From a virus (lineage: Duplodnaviria; Caudoviricetes): DNA of 55,206 nt. The stretch is from the IMG/VR virus record IMGVR_UViG_3300013131_001394, positions 1 to 55,206 of that record; one strand, 5' to 3'. A program made the position numbers and the translations under genes. Every line of letters begins with the position of its first letter. Positions within the stretch are counted from its first letter, which is position 1. Shown one piece after another: positions 1 to 8,348 of the stretch. The notes under the pieces are model-generated. The model saw nothing but the letters and a program-made list of their open reading frames with translations. It had not been told where the DNA came from and ran no database searches.

Positions 1-1146
1 CGTTGGTATGCTGAACGTAAGGAAATGCAGGCTAAACTTAAAGATGCTATTAAGGCCGAAAACAAGATTGAGGAAGAATATTGGGATAAGCGCCAGTTGG
101 TTAAGAAGATTAATCTTAACTCCTTATACGGTGCTATTCTTAATGTTGGTTGTAGGTTTTTCGATGATCGTATCGGTCAATCTACCACACTTACAGGACG
201 CCAGATTGCCAAACATATGGCTAGTAAAATCAATGAAGTCGTCACTGGAGAATACGACCACGTTGGAAAAGCAATTATCTACGGAGATACAGATTCCGCC
301 TACTTCTCAGCCTATACAAGTCTCAAAAACGAAATACAAAAAGGCGAAATCCCCTGGGACAAAGAAACAGTTATCAAAATCTACGACAGTGTTGCAGAAG
401 AAGTAAATTCAACATTCTCTCAATTTATGTTGGATGCATTTCATTGTCCTAAGAGCAGAGGCGAGGTAATTAAAGCAGGTAGAGAAATCGTGGCAATCAA
501 AGGTCTGTTTATCACAAAGAAACGTTATGCTGTTCTATACTATGATAAAGAAGGTAAAAGATTAGACATAGAAGGAAGTCCAGGTAAAATCAAGGCCATG
601 GGGCTAGACCTCAAACGCAGCGATACTCCAGAATTCATGCAGAAATTCTTAGAAGAAATTCTAACCCGTGTACTAAATGGGGCAGAAGAAAAAGAAATTC
701 TTGAACGTATTCAAGAGTTCAGAACTGACTTTAAAGGTAGGCCAGGCTGGGAGAAAGGTAGTCCCCGGCGTGCTAACAACATTACAGAATACGGCGAAAA
801 AGAAAAGAAACTAGGTAAAGCCAATATGCCTGGGCACGTTCGTGCTAGTATTAACTGGAATACTCTACGTAGAATGCATGGAGACAAATACAGTATGCAG
901 ATTGTAGATGGCATGAAAGTTATTGTCTGTAAACTTAAACATAATCCTCTCGAATATGCTTCAGTGGCCTATCCCGTAGATGAACTACGACTACCTAAGT
1001 GGTTTCAAGACTTACCTTTCAATCACGAAGAAATGGAAAACGTTATTATTAATATGAAAATCGAAAACCTAATCGGAGTGTTGGAATGGGACCTAGAATC
1101 AACACAGGAAACAAATACGTTCCAGTCATTATTCAGTTTTGACTAA
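1..1146 (+). CDS. Family B DNA polymerase (T4 gp43-like), C-terminal part, truncated by the window edge
   Basis: Frame is open from base 1 (RWYAERKEMQ...). Motif B KKINLNSLYG, motif C YGDTDS, and KKRY are present. Confidence 0.95.
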   Translation, partial: RWYAERKEMQAKLKDAIKAENKIEEEYWDKRQLVKKINLNSLYGAILNVGCRFFDDRIGQSTTLTGRQIAKHMASKINEVVTGEYDHVGKAIIYGDTDSAYFSAYTSLKNEIQKGEIPWDKETVIKIYDSVAEEVNSTFSQFMLDAFHCPKSRGEVIKAGREIVAIKGLFITKKRYAVLYYDKEGKRLDIEGSPGKIKAMGLDLKRSDTPEFMQKFLEEILTRVLNGAEEKEILERIQEFRTDFKGRPGWEKGSPRRANNITEYGEKEKKLGKANMPGHVRASINWNTLRRMHGDKYSMQIVDGMKVIVCKLKHNPLEYASVAYPVDELRLPKWFQDLPFNHEEMENVIINMKIENLIGVLEWDLESTQETNTFQSLFSFD

Positions 1147-1154
1147 AAATAGTA

Positions 1155-1183
1155 TTGACATTATTACATTTTCTAAATAAACT
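1155..1183 (+). promoter_or_regulatory. Sigma70-like promoter with an overlapping late-type TAAATA
   Basis: TTGACA(1155-1160)-17 bp-TAAACT(1178-1183); TAAATA at 1174-1179; AAGGA RBS before ATG 1201. Confidence 0.7.
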
Positions 1184-1200
1184 TATATAAAGGACAAATC

Positions 1201-1938
1201 ATGAAAGATATTTTACAAGACATTGTAGCACACACAAATAAACTAGGGTTCTTAAACATAGTTAAAATCACAGGAACCGAAACAAAAACAACCATCGATT
1301 CAATGGCAGATGATCGTAGCGTTATTATGTTTTCAGAAACAAGCGACCCGTACCCGGATATGGTCGGAACATTCGGTATGCCGCAATTAGAAAAATTACG
1401 CTACCTGCTAGATGGTAAAGAATACCAAGAAGATGCTGTAATCGAAATTACAACTGCTGATCGAAACGGAGACGTAATTCCTGTAGGACTTCACTTTCAA
1501 AATAAAGACGGTGATTTTCAAAATGATTATCGTTTTATGAATCATGAATTAATTAATGAAAAACTTAAGACCGTTAAATTTCGCGGCGTAAAGTGGGATG
1601 TAGAGATTACTCCGTCTATCGCATCAGTACAAAGATTCCAATTTCAAGCAGGAGCAAACACAGAACATACAACCTTTCTGGCAAAAACAGATAATAATAA
1701 CAAACTAATTTTTACATTCGGCGATGCTAGCACACACGGTGGTGAATTTGTGTTTGCTACAGATGTTGTAGGTAAATTAAACAAAGGTTGGACCTGGCCT
1801 ATTACTCCTGTATTAAGCATTTTAAAAATTGCAGATGCTAACAATACTACAATGAGTTTTAGTAATGAAGGTGCTTTACAGATTACTTTAGACAGCGGAC
1901 TTGCAATCTACAAATACATCATTCCCGCAAAAACATGA
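1201..1938 (+). CDS. Probable sliding clamp (gp45-like)
   Basis: 245 aa, beta-rich pattern, directly after PolB; size and C-terminal YKYIIPA fit clamp-like proteins. Inference only. Confidence 0.55.
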   Translation: MKDILQDIVAHTNKLGFLNIVKITGTETKTTIDSMADDRSVIMFSETSDPYPDMVGTFGMPQLEKLRYLLDGKEYQEDAVIEITTADRNGDVIPVGLHFQNKDGDFQNDYRFMNHELINEKLKTVKFRGVKWDVEITPSIASVQRFQFQAGANTEHTTFLAKTDNNNKLIFTFGDASTHGGEFVFATDVVGKLNKGWTWPITPVLSILKIADANNTTMSFSNEGALQITLDSGLAIYKYIIPAKT

Positions 1939-2300
1939 TAGTAAGAAATATTATAGGAGGCTCACATACCAGCGTAACAGGTTCAACTGCCTCAGATATA
2001 TACATTAATCCTAACGGAGGACCCATGGCAGGGTCAGTTCGTTACGTTAATAGCAATTTCGAAGTATATGACGGTAGTATGTGGAGAACAATAGGTAGTA
2101 GTTATGTTTCCGTTAACCTAAACGAAAATGCTATTAAGGCTATAGACTGGGTATTCAAAAAGATGGAAGAGGAAAACAGTATTCAAGAAATTGCCAGAAC
2201 GCGACCTGCTGTTAGTGCAGCCTACGAAAATTACATACGTGCAAGTGACCAACTTAAAACCACAATTATATTGAGTAATGATGAGCAATCCGCCAGTTAA
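1935..2300 (+). CDS. Hypothetical protein
   Basis: ATGA-coupled to the upstream gene; 121 aa with a GSVRY..FEVYDGSMW motif. Confidence 0.7.
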   Translation: MIVRNIIGGSHTSVTGSTASDIYINPNGGPMAGSVRYVNSNFEVYDGSMWRTIGSSYVSVNLNENAIKAIDWVFKKMEEENSIQEIARTRPAVSAAYENYIRASDQLKTTIILSNDEQSAS

Positions 2301-3828
2301 CCTTTCACCCTTACAAAGAGATTACGCTGTATTTTTACCAGCCTTAAGCAGTTTTTACAGCACCTATGTCAGTAAACAACAGCATGAAGAATTTGTACCT
2401 AAAGACAGAATCCCACAAGGGTTTGATCGTGGTATAGAAGGAATGAATTTCCTTAATCCTGAGCAAGGATATTTTACATACAAGTACGGACTGTTCTCCG
2501 CAGGCCATGCTCAACTAGATCTTAATAAAAGTGCTACACAAGAATCAATGGTACAACGTCGAAATCGTGCTAATACAATGATACTAGGAGATTCGGGAGG
2601 ATACCAGATAGGTAAAGGTGTTCTAAAGTTTGACTGGTTAGATTTTGAAGGACCTAAAGCAAATAAAGTAAGACATAGTATATTAGAATGGCTAGAACAT
2701 ACAGCCGACTGGTCTATGATGTTAGACGTTCCTACCTGGGCATGTGATCATGTACACAGTCCTAAGACAGGTCTTAAAACTTTTCAAGATTGCTTAGATA
2801 AAACTAAATTTAATAACAAATATTTTTTAGATAACAGATTAGGAAAGACAAAATTCTTAAATGTATTACAAGGAAGTGACTGGGAAACTGCCGAAGAATG
2901 GTATAACGGTGTCAAAGAATTTAGCGACCTTTCAGGAGAATATGCAGGCAGAGAAGCAGAAGGATGGGCATTCGGAGGCGCTAATATGTGTAAGATGGAC
3001 GTTACACTAAAACGTCTAATTACTTTACGCGAAGACGGCCTGTTAAAAGGAAAAAACTGGATTCACTTCTTAGGTACTGCTCAATTAGACTGGGCTTGTT
3101 TTTTAACCAGTATTCAACGACAACTTAGAAAGCATATTAATGAAGAAATTACCTTATCTTTTGACTGCGCCTCACCGTTTATCGCAACAGCAAACGGACT
3201 TGTCTACACGAACGCTCAACACACCACAAAGCGTTGGGCTGTTATTATGGACAAAGCCCCAGATCTTAAAGCCCTCGCAGGAAAAGACTTTCCTTTCCCT
3301 TTCGAAAGCGAAATAGGTAGAAGACTTACTGTAGGTGACATATGCCATTATGCACCGGGCATGTTAAATAAAATTGGCAAAGAAGGCAAAACTTCATGGG
3401 ATAGTTTTAGTTATGCTCTAATGATGGGCCATAATGTATACTGCCATATTGTTGCTGTGCAACGTGCTAATCAATTAATGGACATAGAAATAACTAAGTC
3501 GCAACCTAACTGGAAATTCTGGAAAAAAGTTAAAGCGGACGATAAGAGCGATGAGTATAGTGACTGGGTTCCTAGAAATGTGTTATACTTCGATAGGTTT
3601 GTAAAAGAACTTTTTGAAACTAAAACAAAACAAGAAGCATTCGATATGATAGATCAAGCAAAAGCATTTTTACTCAGTATGGAAGGTGCTAGAGCAGGCG
3701 GGTGGGCTGCTGAAAACACCTTTAATAAAATCTTTACCGTGGAAAATATAACTAAGTCTACAGAAATAGACCTAGAAAATCCAGAAGATCCTGAATTACG
3801 TAAACTGGAAGATTCACTTAATGCATAA
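2278..3828 (+). CDS. dpdA: DpdA-like 7-deazaguanine DNA transglycosylase (TGT fold)
   Basis: TGT motifs in the correct order: DSGGYQ, MMLDVP, VLQG, GWAFGG, IHFLG, SFDCAS, GHN. Lacks the CxCxxC zinc site of tRNA TGT. QueE and a T-fold gene are nearby. Confidence 0.85.
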   Translation: MMSNPPVNLSPLQRDYAVFLPALSSFYSTYVSKQQHEEFVPKDRIPQGFDRGIEGMNFLNPEQGYFTYKYGLFSAGHAQLDLNKSATQESMVQRRNRANTMILGDSGGYQIGKGVLKFDWLDFEGPKANKVRHSILEWLEHTADWSMMLDVPTWACDHVHSPKTGLKTFQDCLDKTKFNNKYFLDNRLGKTKFLNVLQGSDWETAEEWYNGVKEFSDLSGEYAGREAEGWAFGGANMCKMDVTLKRLITLREDGLLKGKNWIHFLGTAQLDWACFLTSIQRQLRKHINEEITLSFDCASPFIATANGLVYTNAQHTTKRWAVIMDKAPDLKALAGKDFPFPFESEIGRRLTVGDICHYAPGMLNKIGKEGKTSWDSFSYALMMGHNVYCHIVAVQRANQLMDIEITKSQPNWKFWKKVKADDKSDEYSDWVPRNVLYFDRFVKELFETKTKQEAFDMIDQAKAFLLSMEGARAGGWAAENTFNKIFTVENITKSTEIDLENPEDPELRKLEDSLNA

Positions 3829-4660
3829 GGCACTTGTGGTAGGCCTAGGAATGGGTCTACAGTATAAACAATGGTTAGATAAACTTTCATTTGTTGTTAC
3901 AACTGTAGATCCTGACCTAAATAAAAAGGCAGACTTTGAAGACATAGAATCATGCCTTGCTGTACATAACAAATTCGATTTAATTTATATAGGTACTCCT
4001 AACTACACGCACGAACCTATTGCTAGGAAATTGGCCAATCATACCAGAATACTACTGATAGAAAAACCAGGATTTGAAACTCACACCCACTGGTTTAATT
4101 TTGTAAAAGAATTCAACCAGACTAGAATAATGATGGTAAAGAATAATCAATATAGACCAGAACAAGATATATGGCGTGACATGGCTGCTCGCAGTGATAA
4201 AGTATATGTGGTATGGCAACGAGAAAAGGGCATACCTTCGAGCCCGTGGTTTATAGATCCAGCAAAAAGTTACGGCGGAGTAAGTAGAGACCTGATGCCT
4301 CATATGCTAAGTTATTTTACTAACTTTACAAACTATTCAAATAGCATAACAACTAGACGACAAAAAAAAGATTTACTCGACATAGGCATTGACACATGGT
4401 GTATAATGGAATATACAGCAGCAAATGATAAAAAAACTGAATGGATATTATTTACTGACTGGCAAAACGAAAGTTATGACAGTGCTAGCATCGAATTCAT
4501 AATAAACGGGCATAGTCACATATATGACTTAGGTGCGCTATGTCCTAGTGAACCTTACTTAGATATGATTACCGACTGTTTGAAAAACGTAGATAATGAT
4601 AATTTTTGGAATGAACAACTAGCACAGGATGTTTGGATACACCAACAACTAGAACTATGA
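3821..4660 (+). CDS. Gfo/Idh/MocA-family NAD(P)-dependent oxidoreductase
   Basis: ALVVGLGMG Rossmann start, TPNYTH, LIEKP, GGVSRDLMPH. Confidence 0.85.
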   Translation: MHKALVVGLGMGLQYKQWLDKLSFVVTTVDPDLNKKADFEDIESCLAVHNKFDLIYIGTPNYTHEPIARKLANHTRILLIEKPGFETHTHWFNFVKEFNQTRIMMVKNNQYRPEQDIWRDMAARSDKVYVVWQREKGIPSSPWFIDPAKSYGGVSRDLMPHMLSYFTNFTNYSNSITTRRQKKDLLDIGIDTWCIMEYTAANDKKTEWILFTDWQNESYDSASIEFIINGHSHIYDLGALCPSEPYLDMITDCLKNVDNDNFWNEQLAQDVWIHQQLEL

Positions 4661-5577
4661 AAGTAAATTTACTAGCAACAAACGGACAAGGGCATTTTTA
4701 CGAAACTGAATACGAATGTCCAGAAACCGTTGATAATGGGATAATTGTAAAAAACATAATGACTGGCGTATGTACAAGCGATGTCGCGATGATGAAGGGC
4801 GAGTTCGGTCCTCTGCCACTGCATATGCAAGGACATGAAGGTCTGGGTCAGGTTGTAAGTGTAGGCAATAATGTTTACCAAAAAGTAAAAGTAGGAGAAT
4901 ACGTTGCTACTAGAGGAGAACCTGCCTATGCCGATTACTATCCAGTTAAAGATGGGCAGTTCGTTGTCGTCCCCGAAGCACATCCTAGGTATATTATCGA
5001 ACCTGTAGCATGTGGCATAAACATCGTTGAAGGCGAGTTAATGGAAATAAAAGGACGAAGCCTTACCTTACATAATCCTAAATTGTTAATTATCGGAAGT
5101 GGGTTTTTGTCTTATATTGCATATAAAACATTAAGGCTCAACAATATAGCATATGAAATTGATGTAATAGGTAAAAGCAATTTAGATATATGGCAAAAAG
5201 AAAATGTTATTTTGCAAGATAGTCCAGATAAAAATTATGAAGTAGTCATCGTGTTAAAAGAAGGTATAAAGTTTTTAGAAAATCCAGAACTGATTAATGA
5301 AAATGGCCTACTAGTTGATGCTGTAGGTCGTAATATATCTAAAAAAGAAAGCGAAAACATGCTTTGGAAGTCTGTTACAACTAGTAGACCAAGCCCTAGA
5401 AAACCTATGTTTGACTTATGTATGGAACAAGCAGTAAAATGGATAGAATCGGATCAATTAAATGTTGATAAATTCTGGACAAGAAGTTATAATAGAACAA
5501 CAGAATGGCAACAGGCCTTCAACGATGGTTTAAACAGACCAGTAGGTTACAGCAGAGGATATATAACATGGCCTTAA
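4657..5577 (+). CDS. Zn-dependent medium-chain (MDR) dehydrogenase
   Basis: GVCTSD and GHEGLG catalytic Zn ligands, EPVACG, IIGSG. No structural-Zn Cys lobe. Start placed at the ATGA overlap 4657-4660. Confidence 0.85.
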   Translation: MKVNLLATNGQGHFYETEYECPETVDNGIIVKNIMTGVCTSDVAMMKGEFGPLPLHMQGHEGLGQVVSVGNNVYQKVKVGEYVATRGEPAYADYYPVKDGQFVVVPEAHPRYIIEPVACGINIVEGELMEIKGRSLTLHNPKLLIIGSGFLSYIAYKTLRLNNIAYEIDVIGKSNLDIWQKENVILQDSPDKNYEVVIVLKEGIKFLENPELINENGLLVDAVGRNISKKESENMLWKSVTTSRPSPRKPMFDLCMEQAVKWIESDQLNVDKFWTRSYNRTTEWQQAFNDGLNRPVGYSRGYITWP

Positions 5578-6086
5578 ACACAGAAGAACGTCAGGAAGTA
5601 GTTTACTTTACAGGGTATGAAGTAGAGCATACTATATGTCATGGCATGTTTACATTATTTGTAGTTGGAACTCCGCCGTTAGAAGAAATTTTAGAACAAG
5701 CCAAAAGAGAAAATGTTAAACAGATTTACTTTGGCACCAGTCAAAGTTTTAATCCTAAGTCACAGAGTAGCGAAGAATATAAGCCTTGGGATACTGTAAT
5801 ATTAGGATGCTTGAATGCCGGGTACTGGGTAACTTTAGATTTTGACGTTAAGCATATTGAAGGAGTTCACGATTCTGGATATTGTGAACATAACCGCTTT
5901 GTTCCTATGATTAGTGTAAAATTACCTTATATAGAACTCTTGAACTATAACGCAACCTTAAAATTAGATGATTTGACATGGGGTAAAACTAATCCCGGTG
6001 TATGGACACATCATTTACAATCATTAATGACTAGGGACAAATATACTTATTGGGATCAGTATACCCAGGATACGCAGATTACTTAA
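5568..6086 (+). CDS. Hypothetical protein in the deazaguanine cluster
   Basis: Start MALNTEER at ATG 5568 after GAGGA, overlapping the MDR gene end; 172 aa. Confidence 0.75.
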   Translation: MALNTEERQEVVYFTGYEVEHTICHGMFTLFVVGTPPLEEILEQAKRENVKQIYFGTSQSFNPKSQSSEEYKPWDTVILGCLNAGYWVTLDFDVKHIEGVHDSGYCEHNRFVPMISVKLPYIELLNYNATLKLDDLTWGKTNPGVWTHHLQSLMTRDKYTYWDQYTQDTQIT

Positions 6087-6352
6087 TCTCTGCTACCAGG
6101 ATAATACTTATTAGGGCCGCCGAATTTTTGACTTTTAATGTAACGGCCTCTTTGAGTTTTTCCGCTACCTTTAACACCTTGTTTACCTGTTCCGTCTGTA
6201 TGGTCACTATCATGTTTCAGCCAGCCGCGTCCTACACATTGAGCATATCTAACATTACTCAATCTAGCACGCCCAACGGAACATTCGCTTCTTTTAGGGG
6301 CAGGTAAGGTCTTTTCAGATAAAATGTCGGAAAGTAGTTCAGAAATTTTCAT
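6083..6352 (-). CDS. Small basic late protein, possibly a virion internal protein
   Basis: 89 aa, K/R/G-rich, N-terminus MKISEL; TAAATA 7 nt upstream of the ATG. Confidence 0.65.
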   Translation of the reverse strand: MKISELLSDILSEKTLPAPKRSECSVGRARLSNVRYAQCVGRGWLKHDSDHTDGTGKQGVKGSGKTQRGRYIKSQKFGGPNKYYPGSRD

Positions 6353-6359
6353 AACAAGT

Positions 6360-6365
6360 TATTTA
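6360..6365 (-). promoter_or_regulatory. T4-like late promoter core TAAATA
   Basis: Minus strand reads GATAAATAacttgttATG. Confidence 0.6.
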
Positions 6366-6407
6366 TCAAACTTTTCACTCAAAAATAAAAATTTTACACC
6401 AGAGTGC

Positions 6408-6436
6408 TTGACAGCATAAATTATTTTAACTATACT
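6408..6436 (+). promoter_or_regulatory. Sigma70-like promoter
   Basis: TTGACA(6408-6413)-17 bp-TATACT(6431-6436); AAGGAG RBS before GTG 6462. Confidence 0.85.
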
Positions 6437-6461
6437 TACTATACAAAAAGGAGAATTACCA

Positions 6462-6650
6462 GTGATTACTACTAAGATTACTAAAAAAGATGCCGCAGTT
6501 TCAGGAAGCGCCGAAGAGCGTTTATTTAAATTGCTCGAAAGCATGGACTGGAAACTTTGGGAAATTTATCAAATTATGAAGGCTCAAACAGAAGATACTA
6601 AAAAACCTGCAATCAAAACTAAACTAACCAAAAAAACTGAAGAAGAATAA
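6462..6650 (+). CDS. Hypothetical protein
   Basis: GTG start with AGGAG RBS; 62 aa; TAATG overlap with the next gene. Confidence 0.7.
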   Translation: MITTKITKKDAAVSGSAEERLFKLLESMDWKLWEIYQIMKAQTEDTKKPAIKTKLTKKTEEE

Positions 6651-7030
6651 TGGAAAAATCTATGATTTGGGTTACCTTTAATAAGGAAGGTATCCATATG
6701 TATCCAGCAGCAGCATCTGATCCTAAACTTAAAACAGGTGATGAGTATGATGTTAGTTTTTTAGGAACACCACATCGTCATATCTTTCATTTCAAAGTAT
6801 ATATTGAAGTATTTCATGATGATCGTGATATCGAGTTCATTCAATTTAAACGGTGGTTGGAGAAGTTATACAGCGAAGGCACACTACAACTTAACTACAA
6901 ATCCTGCGAGATGATTAGTCGTGATCTTTACGCTACCATCACAGCAAGATATCCAGGTCGCGAGATTTGGATTTCAGTAAGTGAAGACAACGAAAATGGT
7001 TGCTTCATTAAATTTCCATCAACAAACTAA
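6650..7030 (+). CDS. dpdL: QueD-like T-fold protein, DpdL-type (putative CDG decarboxylase)
   Basis: LGTPHRHIF matches LxxxHRHxF in place of QueD CxxxHGH; also EGIH, SCEM, VSED; 126 aa. The DpdL motif is recalled from the literature. Confidence 0.7.
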   Translation: MEKSMIWVTFNKEGIHMYPAAASDPKLKTGDEYDVSFLGTPHRHIFHFKVYIEVFHDDRDIEFIQFKRWLEKLYSEGTLQLNYKSCEMISRDLYATITARYPGREIWISVSEDNENGCFIKFPSTN

Positions 7031-7045
7031 TACTTAAAAACTAAT

Positions 7046-7276
7046 ATGGCACTATCTGCTAGTATTCAAAAAACCCTTCGTTTCAAACCAGAAGTTCACA
7101 AAATCTTCGATGATCTAGAAGCATGGCACGATCATTGCAGGTTTGAACTGATGGACTTTAATCCTGCCCATCTTTACAAATCTAGAGAGTGGAAAGAGTT
7201 TAACAAAACTAGGGAGTATCTAGAGCGTAAAGCAAGACGCGAGTCTAAACAAAACAAAAAGAGCCATAATGGCTAA
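7046..7276 (+). CDS. Hypothetical protein
   Basis: 76 aa ORF within the operon, overlapping the GT start. Confidence 0.7.
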   Translation: MALSASIQKTLRFKPEVHKIFDDLEAWHDHCRFELMDFNPAHLYKSREWKEFNKTREYLERKARRESKQNKKSHNG

Positions 7277-8339
7277 AATCTTTCTAGTAGACTTAGAAAG
7301 TGTAGAGACCAGATATACAGGACAATGGAAAAGTCATGTTCCCGAAATTCTCAAGACTAAAGGACATGAGGTTCACGTTATCTCTGGTCCTACGGATATT
7401 CCTAGTGCCACTACTCCTGGCGCTTTTCTCAACTTTGGTGGCACTAACATATATAAGTCTAGTCAAGTTGAACAGATGGGCAGATTATTTTGCCAGGGAT
7501 CCGTTAAACCTGGCGACCATTTTATTTTTACTGATGCTTGGCATCCGGGGATCATAAACTTAAAATATATGAGTGAACTATTACAGACGCCTGTAAAAAT
7601 TCACGCATTATGGCATGCCGGATCATATGATCCTCAAGACTTTTTGGGTAGGCTTATTGGAGATGCTCCGTGGGTAAGACACGCTGAGAAAAGTTTCTTT
7701 CACGCTATAGATCATAACTACTTTGCCACTAACTTCCACATTAATATGTTCGGTAAGAACTTGTTAGGCAAAGGCGGATACGATCCATCAGCTAATATAA
7801 CTAACAAAGTTGTAAGATCTGGATGGCCAATGGAATATATGGAGTATACATTATCTCCATATAAGGGTATGAAGAAACGTGACCTAATTTTATTTCCACA
7901 TCGTATAGCACCAGAGAAGCAAGTTGAGATATTTAGAGATTTGGCATTACTACTTCCTCAATATGAGTTTGTAGTATGTCAAGATAACGCACTAACCAAA
8001 CATGAATACCATACCTTACTAGGACAATCTAAAATGGTGTTCTCAGCTAATCTACAGGAAACACTAGGTATTAGTTGTTATGAGGGTGCCCTAGTAAATG
8101 CTATTCCTTTTGTTCCAGACAGGCTAAGTTATACTGAGATGTATTACGAACAGTTCAAATATCCTAGCGAATGGACTCAACACTGGGATTTATATCTTGT
8201 CCATCGTTCAGATATTTGCTATACTATCATTACTATGATGAATAACTACGAGAAACACGTTCATTATATAAGTAAACAAGCACAAGATTTAACTGAACAT
8301 TTTTTTTCCGCTAACCAACTATTCGATAACCTAAACTAG
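7269..8339 (+). CDS. GT-B (GT4-like) glycosyltransferase
   Basis: FPHRIAPEK, QETLGISCYEG (E-x7-E), VPDRLSYTEM. Confidence 0.85.
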   Translation: MAKIFLVDLESVETRYTGQWKSHVPEILKTKGHEVHVISGPTDIPSATTPGAFLNFGGTNIYKSSQVEQMGRLFCQGSVKPGDHFIFTDAWHPGIINLKYMSELLQTPVKIHALWHAGSYDPQDFLGRLIGDAPWVRHAEKSFFHAIDHNYFATNFHINMFGKNLLGKGGYDPSANITNKVVRSGWPMEYMEYTLSPYKGMKKRDLILFPHRIAPEKQVEIFRDLALLLPQYEFVVCQDNALTKHEYHTLLGQSKMVFSANLQETLGISCYEGALVNAIPFVPDRLSYTEMYYEQFKYPSEWTQHWDLYLVHRSDICYTIITMMNNYEKHVHYISKQAQDLTEHFFSANQLFDNLN

Positions 8340-8348
8340 GAGTTCACT

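Noticed and set aside
8-406. 132-aa alternative-frame ORF, and the many other 60-140 aa ORFs nested in or antisense to long genes
   Set aside because: They lie inside well-supported genes and have no RBS or recognisable motifs; they are shadow ORFs.
2278-3828. Calling this a canonical tRNA-guanine transglycosylase (tgt)
   Set aside because: It lacks the CxCxxC zinc site, is longer and divergent, and sits beside replication genes in a phage. DpdA-like fits better, though tRNA activity is not formally excluded.
6650-7030. Calling this canonical QueD
   Set aside because: The catalytic Cys of CxxxHGH is missing; the motif is LxxxHRHxF.
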